Shown here in pieces: positions 27,107-28,980 of a stretch of DNA of 28,980 nt. The stretch covers positions 1 through 28,980 of the forward strand of contig CALFRX010000275.1 in the NCBI GenBank assembly GCA_937919295.1, read 5' to 3'. Within the stretch, counting starts at the first letter, position 1. The number at the start of each line of letters is the position of its first letter. Below the pieces are notes generated by a model, which was not told where the DNA came from, ran no database searches, and saw only the letters and a list, made by a program, of their open reading frames with translations. The translations under genes were made by a program, and so were the position numbers. The stretch is from an uncultured Peptococcaceae bacterium. GTDB lineage: Bacteria; Bacillota; Dehalobacteriia; UBA7702.

Positions 27107-27983
27107 TTTTTCCATCATTTTTAGCACAACAAAAGCAAATCCCAATGGTGACCCGCTTAATGGCAATCGTCCCCGCACCGACTATGAAGGGTTTGGGGAA
27201 GTATCTGATGTGTGCTTAAAGCGCAAACTACGCAATCGCTTGCAGGATATGGGCGAAGACATCTATGTCCAATCTGATGATAACCGCAAAGCAGGAGACA
27301 CATATCGGAATCTTAGAGAGCGTTTTGAAAAGAATTCAAGGATACAAGCAGAAATAGAAAAACAGCAAGGGGCAACGAACAGAGAAGAATTAGCTAAAAT
27401 TGCTTGTGAAGTATGGTTTGATGTGCGTGCGTTTGGACAAGTATTTGCCTTTAAGAAGGGAAATAACAATGAGGAGGATGAAGGCAGCGACTCAGTATCC
27501 ATTGGCGTACGGGGACCTGTAACAATACAAAATGCGGTCAGTTTAGCTCCTGTTGAAATTCTCTCGCAACAGATCACAAAAAGCGTCAATTTAGAGCCCA
27601 ACAAAAAGGACCCAGACAAAAAAGGGCCCGATACCATGGGCATGAAGCACCGTGTAGAGCATGGCATTTATGTTTCATATGGCAGCATCAACTGCCAACT
27701 GGCGGAAAAGACCGGCTTTTCCGATGAAGACGCGGAAAAAATCAGACAGGCCCTGCTCACCCTCTTTGAAAATGACGCTTCCTCGGCCCGGCCTGACGGC
27801 AGCATGGAAGTCTGCCGCCTCTATTGGTGGCAGCACGATTCCAAAACGCCGAAATTCTCTTCGGCCAAAGTTCACCGCAGCCTCCAAATCAAGGCCAAGG
27901 ATGGCGTTGTCCCCAAATCCATTGATGACTATGAAATTTCCGTAACACCATTGGAAAACTTAGTACCCAAGCTCTATGAGTAA
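27084..27983 (+). CDS. cas7: Type I-C backbone Cas7/Csd2
   Basis: ANPNGDPLNGNRPR, VSDVCLKRKLRN, FDVRAFGQVF, DTMGMKHRV and LFENDASSARP motifs. The start is ATG 27084 behind AAGGAG. Confidence 0.97.
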   Translation: MSLTKKVDFSIIFSTTKANPNGDPLNGNRPRTDYEGFGEVSDVCLKRKLRNRLQDMGEDIYVQSDDNRKAGDTYRNLRERFEKNSRIQAEIEKQQGATNREELAKIACEVWFDVRAFGQVFAFKKGNNNEEDEGSDSVSIGVRGPVTIQNAVSLAPVEILSQQITKSVNLEPNKKDPDKKGPDTMGMKHRVEHGIYVSYGSINCQLAEKTGFSDEDAEKIRQALLTLFENDASSARPDGSMEVCRLYWWQHDSKTPKFSSAKVHRSLQIKAKDGVVPKSIDDYEISVTPLENLVPKLYE

Positions 27984-28653
27984 TCCAGTCTACTCTCCCG
28001 ACGATTACCTGATGATCTCCGGTTTGCAGCACTACTATTTCTGTAAGCGTCAGTGGGGGTTGATCCACATCGGCCAGGCCTGGGCCGACAACGCTTTGAC
28101 GGTGGAGGGGAACCTTCTCCACGCCCAGGCCGACGACCCCTTCTTCACGGAAATCCGCAAGGATCTGCTGATCTCCAGAGCCATGGCAGTATCCTCTGCA
28201 AGCCTTGGGTTTTCCGGTGTTCTCGACGTCGTCGAGTTTCACCAAGAGAAAGACGGCATTCCTCTCCGTGGTCGGGAAGGACGCTGGCAACCGAACATCG
28301 TCGAGTACAAGCACGGCAAGCCCAAAAAGAACAAGTGCGACCTGATGCAGCTGACCGCCCAGGCCATCTGCCTTGAAGAGATGCTTGGCTGTATCATTCA
28401 GTCGGCAGATCTTTTCTACGCTACTCCAAAGCGAAGGACAACGGTGCCCATCGACACTGACCTGCGCCAGGAAATGAAGACGCTGGCCAAGGAACTCCAT
28501 ACAGCCTATGCCGGCGGCGTCATCAGCAAAGCGGAATCCCATAAAAACTGCCCTAAATGCTCTCTTTATGAGCTCTGCATGCCACGGCTGACTTTAAAAC
28601 GGCAGAGCGTCACCAACTATATGAACAGGAATATCGAGGAGCCCTATGCGTAA
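27976..28653 (+). CDS. cas4: Cas4 exonuclease
   Basis: ISGLQHYYFCKRQW, GVLDVVE, VEYKHG, QLTAQAICLEEM and the C-terminal CPKCSLYELC Fe-S cysteines. Confidence 0.96.
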   Translation: MSNPVYSPDDYLMISGLQHYYFCKRQWGLIHIGQAWADNALTVEGNLLHAQADDPFFTEIRKDLLISRAMAVSSASLGFSGVLDVVEFHQEKDGIPLRGREGRWQPNIVEYKHGKPKKNKCDLMQLTAQAICLEEMLGCIIQSADLFYATPKRRTTVPIDTDLRQEMKTLAKELHTAYAGGVISKAESHKNCPKCSLYELCMPRLTLKRQSVTNYMNRNIEEPYA

Positions 28654-28980
28654 ACTGAAAAACACGTTATACATCACCTCCCCCGAAGCCTATCTCAGCC
28701 GCGATGGTGATAACATCGTCGTCAAAATCGATCAGAAGGAAGTCGGCAGAAGACCGGTTCATATTCTGGAAAACATCGTCTGCTTCAACTACACCGGCAT
28801 GAACGGGGCTTTGCTGCGGCTCTGCACCGAACACGGCGTCGCCGTCAGCTTTATGGATGCCCGCGGTCATTTTTGCGGACGCATGCAGGGTAAGATCAAC
28901 GGCAATGTCCTGCTGCGGCGCACCCAATACCGCTATGCCGACGACCCGGAGCGCGCGCTGCCGATCTCAAAAGCCATCAT
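28646..28980 (+). CDS. cas1: Type I-C Cas1 (3'-truncated by window edge)
   Basis: GAGGAG RBS, then MRKLKNTLYITSPEAYLSRDGDNIVV...ENIVCF...GNVLLRRTQY, open to the end of the window. Confidence 0.95.
   Translation, partial: MRKLKNTLYITSPEAYLSRDGDNIVVKIDQKEVGRRPVHILENIVCFNYTGMNGALLRLCTEHGVAVSFMDARGHFCGRMQGKINGNVLLRRTQYRYADDPERALPISKAI

Noticed and set aside
27889-28927. Minus-strand ORFs 27889-28542 and 28667-28927
   Set aside because: They are antisense shadows of cas4 and cas1.
21606-28980. CRISPR array or mini-array near the cas genes
   Set aside because: No regularly spaced repeats were seen. The lone ATTGAAAC at 21721-21728 is only 8 nt in AT-rich DNA with no upstream hairpin. The array probably lies beyond the window.

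Overview
Bacterial chromosome segment of Firmicutes (Clostridia-like) type, mostly about 50-55% GC by eye. (1) 1-9.9 kb is housekeeping: the end of an htrA-like gene, rlmH and a small membrane protein on +, then on - the conserved run tmk-holB-yaaT-yabA-yabB-rsmI-metG-tatD-yabE. (2) argH lies on +, followed by an accessory sigma-54 methylamine/quaternary-amine module on -. It contains an intact non-pyrrolysine MttB-family methyltransferase with a canonical -24/-12 promoter and phased palindromic UAS sites, a PAS-AAA+ activator, a second mttB destroyed by several lesions, and a BCCT transporter remnant. (3) degV follows, then a Cys T-box-led cysE-cysS-mrnC-rlmB operon on -. (4) A divergent type I-C cas operon (cas3, cas5, cas8c with internal cas11, cas7, cas4, partial cas1) runs off the window; no CRISPR array is visible. 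The most notable oddities are a type I-C repeat-like hairpin abutting the cysE ribosome-binding site, a Cas3-like N-terminal stub in front of cas3 with a GC step inside cas7 (possible interference-module swap), and an mttB pseudogene that has lost the segment holding the pyrrolysine position. All calls come from reading the sequence and recalled family motifs; no searches were run.
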